From the NCBI RefSeq assembly GCF_009914755.1, contig NC_060939.1: a DNA stretch of 64,000 nt; one strand, 5' to 3'. Under the pieces are notes generated by a model. That model made no database searches, was not told the origin of the DNA, and saw nothing but the letters and a program-made list of their open reading frames with translations. The position numbers were made by a program, and so were the translations under genes. Of this stretch, positions 39,521 through 55,028 are shown piece by piece; within the stretch, counting starts at the first letter, position 1; the number at the start of each line of letters is the position of its first letter. The DNA comes from the human T2T-CHM13v2.0 reference genome, Homo sapiens.

Positions 39521-40886
39521 GGCTATGTTAGAAGACATGGCATTTATCTGTGGGCCTTCATAATACTGGCGCTAAATTTTAAACTAACACTTAATGCCAG
39601 AATTAGCAAGTGTAGCTAAGGCAGCCCAGAGAGACAGCAATCGAGACAATGTGCATTCATCAGGCAGCCTCCTCCAGAGACACAAGGAAGGGCGTGAGTG
39701 GTGTGGGTCATTGCCACTTCCAAACCAGCTGATCAAAAGAGATCCCAGGGGTACAAGGGAGACAGACAGTCCCCAGGAGAAGCCAGCAAGAAGATGAACA
39801 GACAAATACAAAGCCAGGAGGGGGGTTCCACTGAGGGGAATATGGAGGGATTTGGGGATGAGCTGCTGCAGGTGTGAGGTCTCCAGCAGGACAGACAGAA
39901 AGGGAGGTAGAGGAGGACAAGCCACGGGGAAGGGAAAGAGATGGTGGAGCCTGGAGGAGCTCTCAGGGCTCAGCACGGGGCTGTGGTGGCTGTCAGCCTT
40001 TGGTTGGGGCAGGAGGGGAGCTGGAAGGCAGCCTCCGTGCTGGGAAAGTGGGTCCTGAGTTTTCAGTCCTCATGCCCAATGGCCTTGGCCCCCAGCTATC
40101 TTTTGGAAACTCAGAGCTGACCCAGTCCCCAGTCAATGACCTTGGGCATGTCTTCAGCAACTCCAAGGAAAAGGATGATGCCCTTGGCATGACTTCCCGA
40201 GCCCCCTCTGTAACCCTACTTGTCTTCCCAACCTCGTCTCCCATCGCTCTGCCTTGTCCCCCTCCTGACTTTGGCTTCACTGCAAGACTCTCCTCTGAGC
40301 CGCGGATCCTCCAGGACTGAGGAGGAATGGGAAGGCCAAGGTGGGCAGCTCCTGGAAGGTCAGGCCTGCCAGGGAAGCCCATTCAGGGGGCGGTCCTGAG
40401 GCCAGGCCAGTCCATATTCTAAGCAGTATTTAGAAGGGAGGACACAAGCTTTGAGCTCAAAGACAAAGTTGGAGGGGAACAGACAGAGCATGGGAGGGCT
40501 GGGTTGGGAGGCCATGAGCCCAGGAATGACCCTGCCACAGCATCCCTTTTCGACAAGGCTGACCACCCTATGCTGGACCCCAGCTATGACCACCGCAGGC
40601 CTCCATGCCCCTGATGTCATTTTGCCTTCACTGTGCTTGTGTGGCCCGGTGCAGTGCCCTTCCTGCGCTCAGTGGGCCCTCATCCTCAGAGGCCTGCTGG
40701 GACCTGGTATCGCCGCAGCACTCGGCAGGCACCTCCCGTGGCCTGTAGCTGAGGCTGTGTGCTCCCCATCTCTGGGAGCATGGGGTGGATCCAGCGTCCC
40801 GCAGCCTGCACCCAAGGTGCAAGAGAACTGGGAAATAAATATTTTTTTTGAATTCAACAATAAAATATATCTAAAGGCAGGGTTGA

Positions 40887-41182
<296 letters not shown>

Positions 41183-41442
41183 CTAAGGCAGGGTAGATTT
41201 TAATGATGTTTGCAACATCAGATTATTAGCTTCCCCAGAGCAATTGCAATCACCTGGGTTCTTGGCTGCACCTGGGGAGACAGCACTGCTAGCTCAGGCC
41301 CACGTGCCTCAGTGGAAAGATATCCCCACCTCCTCCTCAGGAGCCGGGAAGCTGCTATGCTGGCCCCTCAGCTGCCGTCAGCCCATCAGGGACACCACGG
41401 TGCCCAAGAGCATCCCTCCTCTGCACACCCTGGCCGTCCCAT

Positions 41443-42931
41443 TGGGTCCGGAATTGGTGGGTTCTTGGTCTCACTGACTTCAAGAATAAAGCCACGGACC
41501 CTCGCGGTGAGTGTTACAATTTTTAAAGGGGGCATGTCTGGAGTTTGCTCCTTCTGATGTTCTGATGTGTTCGGAGTTTCTTCCTTCTGGTGGGTTTATG
41601 GTCTCGCTGGCTTCAGGAGTGAAGCTGCAGACCTTGGAGGTGAGTGTTAGAGCTCTTAAGGTGGCACGTCTGGAGTTGTTCGTTCCTCCCGGTGAGTTTG
41701 TGGTCTCGCTGGCTTCAGAAGTGAAGCTGCAGACCTTCGCAGTGAGTGTTACAGCTCATAAAGGCAATGTGGACCCAAAGAGTGAGCAGCAGCAAGATTT
41801 ACTGCAAAGAGTAAAAGAACAAAGCTTCCACAGGGTGCAAGAGGACCTGAGTGGGTTGCCCCTGCTAGCTTGGACAGCCTGCGTTTATTCTTTTATCTGG
41901 CTCCACCCACATCCTGCTGATTGGTCCATTTTACGGAGAGCCGATTGGTCTGTTTTACAGAGAGCTGATTGGTCTGTTTTGACAGGGTGCTGATTAGTGC
42001 ATTTACAATCCCTGAGCTAGACACAAAAGTTCTCCACCTCCCCAGTAGATTAGCTAGATACAGAGTGTCAATTGGTGTATTTACAAACCCTGAGCTAGAC
42101 ACAGAGTGCTGATTGGTGCATTTACAAACCTTGAGCTAGATACAGAGTGCCTATTGGTGCATTCACAATCCCTTAGCTAGACATAAAGATTCTCCAACTC
42201 CCCACCAGATTAACTAGATACAGAGTGCCGATTGGTGCATTCACAAACCCTGAGCTAGACACAGAGTGCTGATTGGTGTGTTTACAAACCTTGAGCTAGA
42301 TTGGTGTATTTACAATCCCTTAGCTAGACATAAAGGTTCTCCAAGTCCCCACTAGACTCAGGAGCACCGCTGGCTTCACCCAGTGGGTCCCCCAGTGTGG
42401 CGCAGGTGGAGCTGCCTGCCAGTCATGCGCGTGCGCCTGCACTCCCCAGCCCTTGGGCGGCCAATGGGACCGGGCGCCGTGGAGCAGGGGGCGGCACTCG
42501 TCAGGGAGGCTTGGGCTGCCCAGGAGCCCATGGCGGGTGGAGGAGGCTCAGGCATGGTGGGCTGCGGGTCTCGAGCCCTGCCCCGCAGGTAGGCAGCTAA
42601 GGCCCGGCGAGAAATCGAGCACAGCAGCTGCTGGCCCAGGTGCTAAGCCCCTCACTGCCCGGGGCCGGGGGCGCCGCCAAGCCCACACACACCCGGCACT
42701 CTATCTGGCCCGCAAGCACCTCGCGCAGCCCCAGTTCCCACCCGTGCCTCTCCCTCCACACCTCCCGGCAAGCTGAGGGAGCCGGCTCCGGCCTCGGCCA
42801 GCCCAGAAAGGGGCTCCCACAGTGCAGTGGCGGGCTGAAGGGCTCCTCAAGTGTGGCCAGAGTGGGCGCCGAGGCCCAGGAGGCACCACGAGCGAGGGCT
42901 GCGAGGGCTGCCAGCACGCTGTCACCTCTCA
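41443..42931 (-). mobile_element. LTR12C-type (HERV9) solo LTR, full length, 1489 bp
   Basis: tgggtccggaattggtgggttcttggtctc...cacgctgtcacctctca; TG/CA termini; 4-bp TSD CCAT (41439-41442, 42932-42935); tandem gattggtgcatttacaa...gagctagacacagagt units; CpG-rich U3. Confidence 0.97.
41880..42310 (-). promoter_or_regulatory. LTR12 NF-Y (CCAAT) array and TATA-like box, pointing toward lower coordinates
   Basis: Nine ATTGG (CCAAT on the minus strand) between about 41920 and 42304; tttattcttttat at 41884-41896 reads ATAAAAGAATAAA on the minus strand. Confidence 0.75.
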
Positions 42932-44434
42932 CCATCTCATGCCTGTCACCCTTTGCAGCCAGGAGCACTGCAAGTCAGGGCACTGAAAGGTCGTCATCTC
43001 TCAAGGCTGATTTCTCGAGCGCCGGTCCTCTGGTCTGGTCTCAGGAGCTGTGAACTCAGTGGGGGCTTCAGCCTCTGGCCTCCCTCAGGCCAACGTCTTC
43101 CCAGGGGAGAGGCCTCGCTGCTGATATCAGCAGATGAAACTAGCCCAGGTGGGATGCTCCCTCACCAAGGACCCAGGAACAGCACAGGGTTAGTAATTCC
43201 AAGGACACAGGCTGGACTCCCGGACGGCCTCCCTTACCAGCAGGGGACAGAGCCTGAGCCCCATGCTCGGTTGATGAACGAAGAATGCTTTTCACTGCCC
43301 AAGTGAGGCCCAGGGGAGCATCCACAGGAAGGGTGGGAAGCACCCAGGCTCTGGCCCAGGCAGGCCCAGCCTCACCAAGACCACTAGCTGGGGGACAGGG
43401 ACAGAGATGGAGAGGGGGCAGGACCTAGCCTTATGGACTTGGAGCTTTGCTAGCTGGGGAGCAGCCCTCAGTTCTGGCTGCTGTTGGATTGGTAAATATT
43501 TGGACACTGTGAGCTTCAGAATTTCTCCTAAAGTAGGCAGGGGCTCAGAACCATGGAGATGTGGATACTGACAGTGAATGCGTTTGTCCCTTGGGGCTGA
43601 TAACATGGCCTGTGCAGAGATCCTGTGGAAAGGGCTGCTCCTCTGGAACTGCATGCACAAAAGGGCCTCCCATGCAGACCCACAGGCGCAAGGAGATTGC
43701 TGAGCTGCTTTGGGCAAAAGCAAGCGGGAGGGGAAGTAATGCGCTTGTAACAAAGTGACTGAGCCCCAAGATAAGGGTGACTTCAAGAGAATCAGTGCCA
43801 CCCCTCCATCCCAGTGGCAGGGTAGGGGTCACTGCTGGCCAGACTTGAGAAACAAGGAAGCAACCCGGAAGAGGCCGGTCTGATGCAAAACACAGAGAAA
43901 GAGTCCACATTTGTAACTGAGATGAGAGAAGGAGCTGCATTATTTATGAAACGGCTGAGCCCAGAGTTAACAAGGAAGGAGGAGGCCTTTAGAGGGGAAA
44001 GTGGTTTCAAAAGCATCCGTATTTCACTGAAAAAAAACACACACAAACTATGATTTAGAGTGTGCTGAGGTTTAGAACCGGAGGTGACTCTAGTGCAGTT
44101 AAGACCACGGGGGGAGGACGAGGGTGTGGGCAGGGAGGGCAGAAGGACAGAGGGGCAGGGGCAGGGTGTTCCCGCAGGCCCCAGTGAGAGAGGGGCATGT
44201 GGGGAGGGGGCTGCCCCTGGGGATGAAGCAGTGTCTATACATGTGCACGCTCGCACGCTCACATTCCCCAAGTGTGCAGTGTGTGTGTAAGAGGGTGTGT
44301 AGGCACTTGGAACAGACGAAGGGACAGAGGGAGGGTGCCCCCACTAAAGATAAAGAGCCTTCTGGGGCTTGTGTGCTTGCCAGCCTAATCTTCATAAGAA
44401 CTTGAGCCAAAACTTTAAGAAGAGGGGTTTCTTC

Positions 44435-45585
<1,151 letters not shown>

Positions 45586-47339
45586 AGAAAAGGAAGGTTT
45601 TTAAAAGTAAAACAGTAGCCACTGATCATGATATCCCGGTCCTTTAAGCTGAATACCTGCCACCCCTCCCATTCCACCTCATATATCACTTTGGGTGGTG
45701 TGCTGACTTTAGAATGCACCCACTGTCACCCAAATGGCTGAAATGCTAAATTCTGTTTAATCAAATTCAACTGACTCGTGAAGATCCATTTCTACCGAAA
45801 GCAGAAAACAAAACAAATGAACCAATAAAAGCAACGAATCTTACTGCTTCCAGGTAAACTCTCTCCCATTTGACACTTAATCTTTGTATAATTACTCTGG
45901 CCATTGAGGATTTCATTTAATTAATCACAGGGTAAACTCTTTTTCAGAGTTTCATCCTCTTGAAAGTCCTCCTGTCCCACCAAGGGATAGTCAGGAAGTT
46001 GTTTCTATTCCTCATGGGGGCAAAGTAGACATTCCTGGTTCTCTGTCTGTCCTCTAGTTTCAAGTCTGACTGTGTGGGAGGAACTTAGGTTGTTCTTCTG
46101 GTGTCTGGAGGTCGGCTCCACCCCTGGGCCATGTGCTCTGCCCACCGTGATCCTCTCTTGGCCTCCAGCTGCAGGGGTTTGTCTCCTACCAGGCACCAAC
46201 CTCTTCCTCTCCCGCCACCCTTTTAGTACTACTGCTCCCCACTCCCATCCCACACAGAAAGTTCTAGATCTCACCCAAGCCACACAGAAACCCAGGGAAC
46301 CTCCTCTATGGCATCTCAGATTCCCTCCATATCTAAACGTTTCACACCATCATTTCTCCTCTACTGAAGCCCCCCAGCATGGGTGTAGATCACCTTGCAA
46401 GGCAGTCTCTGCCTGGAATTCTAAACAGAAAGTGGAGCACAAGCTTTCAGATTCTTCTTTGGACCATCTGAAATGTCCATAATCTCTCCTGCACTCTAGG
46501 TATAGTGTCTTAATCTAATAATCTCATTAACTGAAAATGTCTCTCATCTCTGCCCCCCACATCCCAGCCCAAGAAGGGCTGTTCACCTTGCTGGGGGACA
46601 GGGAACTGCTCTTGGGTCATTTGTGAATCCTTCTCTACACTATGGTGTGTGGTGAAAACCCCATGCTTGTCCTCTAAGATTATTGTATTTAAAAGAAATG
46701 TATGCGAATTTAGGAAACCCTTTCCTCTCTTAATGGCCCGGCTCTTGCAGTTGAAATCTTGGCTTTCAGTCCTCCTGTTCTTGAGTTTATTTAAGTATCT
46801 GAAGCTCAGCATCCTGTCTTCATTCCCACTTTCCATTTCTCCTTCATTCCAGCTACTGCTCATGAAGATAATGGAAACTGTGGCTAAGTAGGTGGAAATC
46901 ACAAATAAGGAGTGAAAAAAGAAAGCACATTAATATAATTCAAGGTATTAATCTGAACACATTTACTTTGATGTTAACTATGAATGACTTATTCCCTCCT
47001 CCAAAAATAAAAAAAAAAGAAGAAGAAAGAAATCGTGTATTCCTGCACTCAGCTCCAACTTGGCTCCTACTTGGCCCTCCTACATTTGCTGAGCCTCTGG
47101 ACTTTCCAAGACTTAGGCTCTCAGATCCCTTTTGTGGCGCCTGCTTGACTGTCAACTCTATGTCTGGCATTGCCTGGTGTCATGAAAAGATTTTCTCTGG
47201 TATCCAGCTCCATAGGACCTATCACTCCTGGGCACCGAAGGGGCAGGATACAAACCCTGCGGGCAGGAACTCCTAGGAAATCCTCCAGATCGATTTCTTG
47301 ATAATTCAGATGAGCCTAACTAAGTTTGGATTTTGAGCT

Positions 47340-47645
47340 TGGTGACAGCCACCTCCAATATGGCCATCTGTAGTCCCACCTCCTAGTATCAATGCTTTGT
47401 GTGGTCCCCTTCTACATCGGATCAGGGTTGGCCCACGTGACCGATGGAGTAAGGTCGAGTGATGGTACGGCTATAAAAGACATTGTGGCTTCTGCCCTTG
47501 TCGCTCTCAAATCACTAGCACTGGAGAAGCTGGCTGCCATGTTGTGAGGACACTCAGGCAGCCCCATGGAGAGGTCTATGCAGCAAGGAGCTGAGGCCTC
47601 CTGCCACAAGCCATGTGGGTGAACCATCTTGGAGCAAACCCAGAC
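47340..47645 (+). mobile_element. MLT1F-type MaLR LTR, partial
   Basis: gaagctggctgccatgttgtgaggacactcaggcagccccatggagagg...aggagctgaggcctcctgcc...gccatgtgggtgaaccatcttgga. Confidence 0.8.
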
Positions 47646-47839
47646 TTACAGTCGCAGGCTAATGTGGCAGACAGGACTCATCCATCTAGCCCCATCAGCT
47701 CAGAGCTGAGCAAGTAGAGGCCTAGAGAGGTCAAATGATCCATCACCACCACACATCTGGTCAATGTCCAAGCCACACCTTGGCTTCCAGTCCCATTTTA
47801 GATAAACTGATTGATCTTCAGCTCAGAGTAGCTTCTTGC

Positions 47840-48151
<312 letters not shown>

Positions 48152-49879
48152 AGGGAGGGTGGCTTCTTGGATTTCACCATTCGTGTTTCCTGTGCGCTGG
48201 CTTCTCCATCCTGTGGCGCCTGGTCATTAGCAGAGTCTAGGACATCCTATTGCAGTAGGCAGGGAGCTGGAGTGGGGTAGGGCAGGCAGATGGGCATCCT
48301 GGGCTGAGATAATGTGTCTAAAGACACAGCAGTGTGAACATGGGTGGCATTTTTGGAGAGGGGTGAGTTGTCTACTGCAAAGGAAGGCAGGGGCCATACA
48401 GAAGAGCACCTTCACTATGGCATAAAGTGACACTTCCTGGAGCTCCTGAGACAGCCAAGGGCAGGTGTCAAAGTTCCTGCCTCGAGTTCAAAACAGGACA
48501 GTGTCTGTCCTCGAAGGTGGAGGGCCCCAAACAACAAACACCCATGGGAGGGTGTGTGTTATTAGCCTGAGTATTGTGCAAGGTAACATGCCGTCAAAGC
48601 AGGCAGGGTTTGGTCAGTCCCATTCATGCTTGATCAGGGGAGATGTTTCCAGAAAATATAAAGCTGGAGGGTGCAGAAGAGAGTCCCTGCAATAGCAGAT
48701 CTGGGGCTAGCCCTGATGACCAAGAATGCTGACCTTTTCGGCAAACTTTCTCAGCAGGCTCTCAACAACCTCTGCGCCTGAGCTTCCCAAAACAGGCTGA
48801 AGCAGCAAAGGCAGATGGAATGTATTGATTCCTTTGGTTTTGTTTCACCTTGTTTTCATTCACTGCAGTAATCTTCTTCCCAGGAAAGCAGAGGATTTCC
48901 TGGAATAAGGATCCTAGCCCTTCTCTATAACCTGCATATGGGTATCACTTTTCAAGGCCAATTTACAGACATATGTTTCTTGCCAGTAAGTTCAAAGATG
49001 TAACCACATCAAGTGCAGAAAGCCTGGTTCTTAAAGAGAAGGATAAAGCCGAGTTGGAAGACGGTGGGTTTTCTAGCCCCAATCTCCACCTTGTTCCAAA
49101 ACCTATGGTAACCCCAAGAGGTGAGGAAGGTTGAAATTTTTCAGGCTTATACAGGCAAATAACTTACTTAATTTTTTTGATTGAATTTAATGCAGCTCCT
49201 AACCCCTTATTTACATTCAGTCACTATCAAAATTTTCTCACTGTCCCTTAAGTAAAAATGGAATCAGTTATGGATTTTTTTTATTCCTCTTTCCTCTCTT
49301 TCTCACCAGGTGTTAAACTTGAGTGAGGTGTATTCCGGGTTGGGAGGCACCGTGTGTCTGCAACCCAGACAGTCAATGTTCATTGGCCCCAGGACATTGA
49401 CACCTACCCAGCTACCCCCTGTATCTGTGGCCTCTCCACTCTCCAGTTGCCAGACCTAAGCAGGTGCCCCGTGTTCTCTTTATCCCACTACCAAGGCTCT
49501 GCAGCCTGCTCTCAGGCACACCTGTCCTCTCTACATGGCATGGAAACGTTGGCTGCGCCACCCTGGGAAACTGGGGGCTCTGGGAAACCACGTGTGGCCC
49601 ATCCGCTGGGGCCCCTCCATGCTTCTGGTGCCACGGCACACGTGGGCTTCTCAAGAGACTTGCTGCCCCTTTGTCCCTCCCCTTCACCTTCAATTTACTT
49701 GAAGAAACCAAAGCCTGGGCTTTGTAAAGAGTATTGTCACTGCCATGTGTTTAAAGAAATCCATTCGGAAATTCAGATGGCTTTCCCTCCCTTTCTTTGG
49801 GTAGAGGCTGCCGGCCAACAAGGAAAATAAGATACAGAAACCTTGAGAATGGGCTTCAAGTAGAGGGAAATGCCGTTTG

Positions 49880-50390
49880 CAACAAGTTCTTAGTAGCAAG
49901 CAACAGACACCTATTTTGGCTAATTTCAGTGAAAGGGAGTCTCGTGAAAGGCTATGGGGCAGCTCCGAATCATTTTAGAGGACACACAGGCACAGAGCTG
50001 ATCTTTGAGGAACCATGAGTCAAATCACACCACAGAACAGGGCTGATGGGGAAACCCTGCCACCACCTCTGAGCACCCACACCTCGCCCACCCCAGGAGC
50101 TGTGCCTGGCTGCCACTGCTCCTGCGGCCACCACTGTCCCTTCCCTCCTGAGTCACCAGCTCTGAGTCTGGTGTTGGCACCTTCACCTGGCTGGGAAACC
50201 CCACTCTTTGAGCCCCAGCTGCAAGGCAGGCTGGAAAAAGGAAGTATCTGACCATCACTTACCTTTCAGAGAGGTGGTTTTGCTCTTCACAAAGACTCAA
50301 AAAATAAAAAAAAAAAGAGTGAGAGACGCAATTCTCCACATAAATATCAAGATCATGCTTCAGGTGCTGGGAAACCAAAGCTCATAACAA
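49880..50390 (-). mobile_element. Old MaLR/ERVL LTR fragment
   Basis: ttcttagtagcaagcaacagacacctattttggctaatttcagtgaaaggg...ggggcagctc; family and right boundary uncertain. Confidence 0.45.
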
Positions 50391-53300
50391 GGGCCTCCTT
50401 TCACACAAGAAACACACTGGGGCTGGCCTGAGAAGGTTCTCTGAGAGCCTCCAAGGTGCTCCACCCAAGGACACAAACCAAGCAGCATGGAGAGGCTGAG
50501 GGACACAGAGATTCTGCCTCCAGGAAGAGGAGCAGAGGCCTGACAAAGACCAAGGAGCTGGGAGAGAACTCATGAGAGGGCCGAGAACCACAAGGAAAGC
50601 CCCTCCACTGTGGAGGAGCCTGGGGTGAGGCACCAAGGAGGGGAGCCCCTCCCCTGAGGACTGCGTTTATCCAGCTTGAAGATGGGACTGAGCTGAAGGA
50701 AAGCCCACCGTGGCTAGAAGTACTTGAGCCGTCAACAGTAAAGCTACTCACTGTGGGCGGCACCAGCCCTCCCTCCCATTGCTAGGAGTGCAACACTGGG
50801 ATGAAACCAGATTCTGTGGAAAATCGGTCAGGGCCAGGAGGAGAGGGAAGAACTCAACGCTTGGATGTGGATGTCGGAGCCCCCCTCCCATCCATCTGCT
50901 TGGGGGGAGGAGGGGTGGGAAGGGCAAGGCCGAATCGGGGTAAAGGCCCCAGGTGGGCAAATAAGGCAGCTCCCCATTGGTCCACATGTTGACCTTTTGT
51001 TTGTGGCCTTTTGCCCACAAGGACAGTATTTCCACTTAAAGGTCACCTCCCCCAGGCAGCAATCATTACTGTTTTGCAGCCTGTTGGGAAAGTCAGATGT
51101 AAGCCATCAGATAACAAAGAAAAAACACGACAAGAAGAGAAACAAATATTTCAGGGCACTGCTCTTGTCATTCCTCACCCCTGAATGCACCGATCACCCT
51201 GGCCAGCAGAGATGGCTCCCGCCTCCTTGTTCAGCTCTTACGGTCACGGGGTTTGCCTTCCTCGCTGATGCCACCAGCATCCTTTGGCTGGAAACAAAAC
51301 AGCCCCATCAATTCAGATTGTTCTTAGGAGCTTTCAGAGGAGATATTGGTTGCATTTAACACACAGTCGGGGCCAAAATAAAGGCTGGGTAGGTGCCCGG
51401 GTTATTCAGCGGGAAATGACATCCTGCTCAGGTACACAAATGTCATGCTCCCCAAGCCCTGACACAGGCAAACCGTCTCACAGCCTTCCTTCCCCAGGAC
51501 TCCAGATTTTCCAACCGATGGTTCTCTTCTTGCCTTCAGACACAACCTGTCCCGTTTGGGAAGGCCAAGACAGGAGACCACAGTGGCAGGGAGCAAACAG
51601 GAAACATGAGAGTGGTATCACTGACCTAATCTTTTCCTTTGCAGAAACAATCTCAATTAAAATGCATCACTTCAGAAACCCTATGAAGGACCCGCTCTGT
51701 GAATTCTTTCGAAGGTCATCTTAATAATCCAAACCAGTTGCCCAACCAGGAAAGAATTATTCTCTAACATAATTGAAAACACCCACAGGCAGGTGCTTAT
51801 TGCTTGTGAAAATGAAGACTCATGCATCATTGGAGCCTTAGTTCCAGAGAAGGTGGGATGTGCACGGATCTGTTCTTTTGACAAAGCAGCATGAGGAAAA
51901 AGACTCTGTGGCCATTGCCCCTAAAAATAAAGGTATCCTGCCAAGCTTCTCACTGGCATCCTCAGCTTCCCCTTTCTGAGGCTGAGATGAGGTTTCCTTG
52001 GCCTCCTCACCCCCACCACCATAGAGCAGAGAGGCCCAAAGTCTGTTCTCAAAATCACTCACATTCAAATGTGAGTAACTGACATCAGCCAAATTGGGAA
52101 CCAGAGTCAAATCTGAAACTCAAAGGAAAAAGCTTCCAGATAAACTTCAGAGATCTTCACTGTGGGGAGATGGGGGGGACCAACTAGATGGAGTAGGGGA
52201 TCTTTATGGCCACTGTTTCTCTGAAGGGACAGAAGGACCAGGCTCACTAGGTCTGGGTGGAAACCCTAGCTCTGAAAGTTCCTTCTTACATGGCTTTGAG
52301 ATGATTACTCGGGGTGGTTCTGAGCTTACTTATTGCATCATAAAAAGGAGAGACCCATGCGGACTTCTCAGGGCGAGGATGAAGTGGGATGCTATTTGTG
52401 AAGGTGTTTGGCCCATCAAGGTGTCCATAGGACTAAAGACCCTATGCAGAAACACTCGTGGCCAGGACCGGGCTCCTCCAGGCTGTGGTCAGAGCGGGCC
52501 AGGTTCTAGTGGAAAACTCTGCCTCAGTCAAGGGCTGCTCAGGGGTTGGTGCTCTCAGTAGAAAGCCAGTCTCTGGTACGTGACTGGCACAACCTACAGG
52601 GGCTTCCAGAACCCGTCACAGCAGTGTGCCTGGCCTGCAGGGTACCTGAGCATTGCTCTCTTAACCTAGCATTTATTCATCAACCTCCTGGAGCTCCTCC
52701 TGGAGGCCTGGCTTCAGAATGAGTCATATTGCCCGACACCACACTCTTTTGTTTAGAATTGATACAGGACATGGGGTTCCTGTGAAATTAGCTTGAAATT
52801 AATTTAGCCACAATAGCTTATTGTTAGATTTAATTGTAAATGAAACAATTCACCAGGGACGTTTCACTTTGTAAACAAGCACCTCAGAGTCAGCAGGGAA
52901 TTTGGGTATTTTTTTTCCTACTCTCTAGTCGCTGCATAGGTTTTTACAAAATTTGTGGCCAAGCATAAAAAGCATTTTGGACACGGCTTTGGAGGGACAG
53001 CCCACTGCCATTCGTCACCCTCTTAGGTGCCCTGGCACTGGGTAGGAGCAGTCTGCTTTCACGCAGCCTGCTGGGCACAGGAAGGTGCTCTTTGCTGCAG
53101 TCAATACATTGTCCAAAAATCACCCTGACTCCATTCCAGAATCCCCAGTGCTCCTGCAGAAGCATCAGTGCTGCTCATATTAAAGAGTCCAAAAAACAGG
53201 GTCTGGGCAGTCCAGGCTATGGTTTCCTTCAGAAGCCCTGAAGCCAGTGTTTCTTAGAACATGATGCCACACCACCGTTGGAACATACAGTTATTATCAA

Positions 53301-53418
53301 CATATAGTTCTCATGTTAATGGTTACATGTTCATTTTAAGATGTATTAAAACAAAAATCATTCCTCAAAACTGTGATTTCATGGCAATACACATAAGTTT
53401 ACATTAAAAGGCAGGTCA

Positions 53419-53725
<307 letters not shown>

Positions 53726-53953
53726 TCAATATGAAGAAGAGTAATTTAAAATTAAAAAAAATTAAAAAGTAAATTATATGCAACTTAAAACCAGGAGATA
53801 TCATCTTACACCAGTCAGAATGGCTGTAAAAAGACAAAAAAACACAGATGTTGGTGAGGACGCAGAAAAAAGGGAATGTGTATGTACCATTGGTGGAAAT
53901 GTAAATTAATACAAACACTATCCAAAGGAAAATAAATCATTATATCAAAAAGT

Positions 53954-54248
<295 letters not shown>

Positions 54249-54662
54249 ATTACCTGTATTTGTATGTTCATTGCAGCACTGTATAGAATCAACCTAAGTG
54301 TCCATCAACAGATGATTGGATAACGAAAATGTGGCATATATATACAATGGAATACTATTCAGCCATGAAAAAGAAGGAAATCATGTCTTTTGAAATAACA
54401 TGAATGGAACTGGAGGCCTGTCTTAAATGAAACACTCAGATAAAGAAAGACAAACACCACATGTTCTCACTTATGAGTAGGAGCTAAATCATGTGTACAC
54501 ACAGACGTATGGTATGGAATGATAGACAATGAATATTTGGAAGAGGGGGTTTGGTGTGAAGGGGGTGGATAATGAGAAATTGCCTAATGGATACAGTCTA
54601 CGTTATTCAGGCAATGGATACTCCAAAAGCCCTGAGTTTACCACTCTGTAATTATCCAGGTA

Positions 54663-54731
54663 TTAGGTTGGTGCAAAAGTAATTGTGGTTAAAAGTAATG
54701 AGAAAACCTCAATTACTCTTGCATCAACCTA
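54663..54731. mobile_element. MADE1 (Hsmar1 mariner MITE)
   Basis: TIRs ttaggttggtgcaaaagtaattg ... caattactcttgcatcaaccta, flanked by a TA duplication inside the L1MA 3' UTR. Confidence 0.92.
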
Positions 54732-54861
54732 TAACAAAATTACATGTATACCCCATACATTTTACAAATAAATTTTTTTGAAAAATAAAAGCTTAATAAT
54801 TAAAAAAAGATGACATGTGGCAAAAATCATGACTGAAGTTTTCTAAATAACACCATAAGCC

Positions 54862-55028
54862 TAGCTTCTTGGAAAGTGGTCATCAGAGAGATCAGGGACA
54901 TTACCTGAGAGCTTGTTATGATTTTGGAATTTCCAGCCCCGCCCCAGACTTTCTCAGTCAGCATCTGGATTTTAGGCAGGTCCCTAGGGGATTAAGCATG
55001 CATTTTAGAGTTTGAGAAGAGTAGCCTA
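54862..55028. mobile_element. MER5A-like MITE
   Basis: ttacctgagagcttgtta...ccccgccccagactttctcagtcagcatctggatttt...agagtttgagaa. Confidence 0.7.

Noticed and set aside
41915-42345. Novel tandem repeat system
   Set aside because: These ~41-bp and 24-bp units are the known internal repeats of LTR12 U3.
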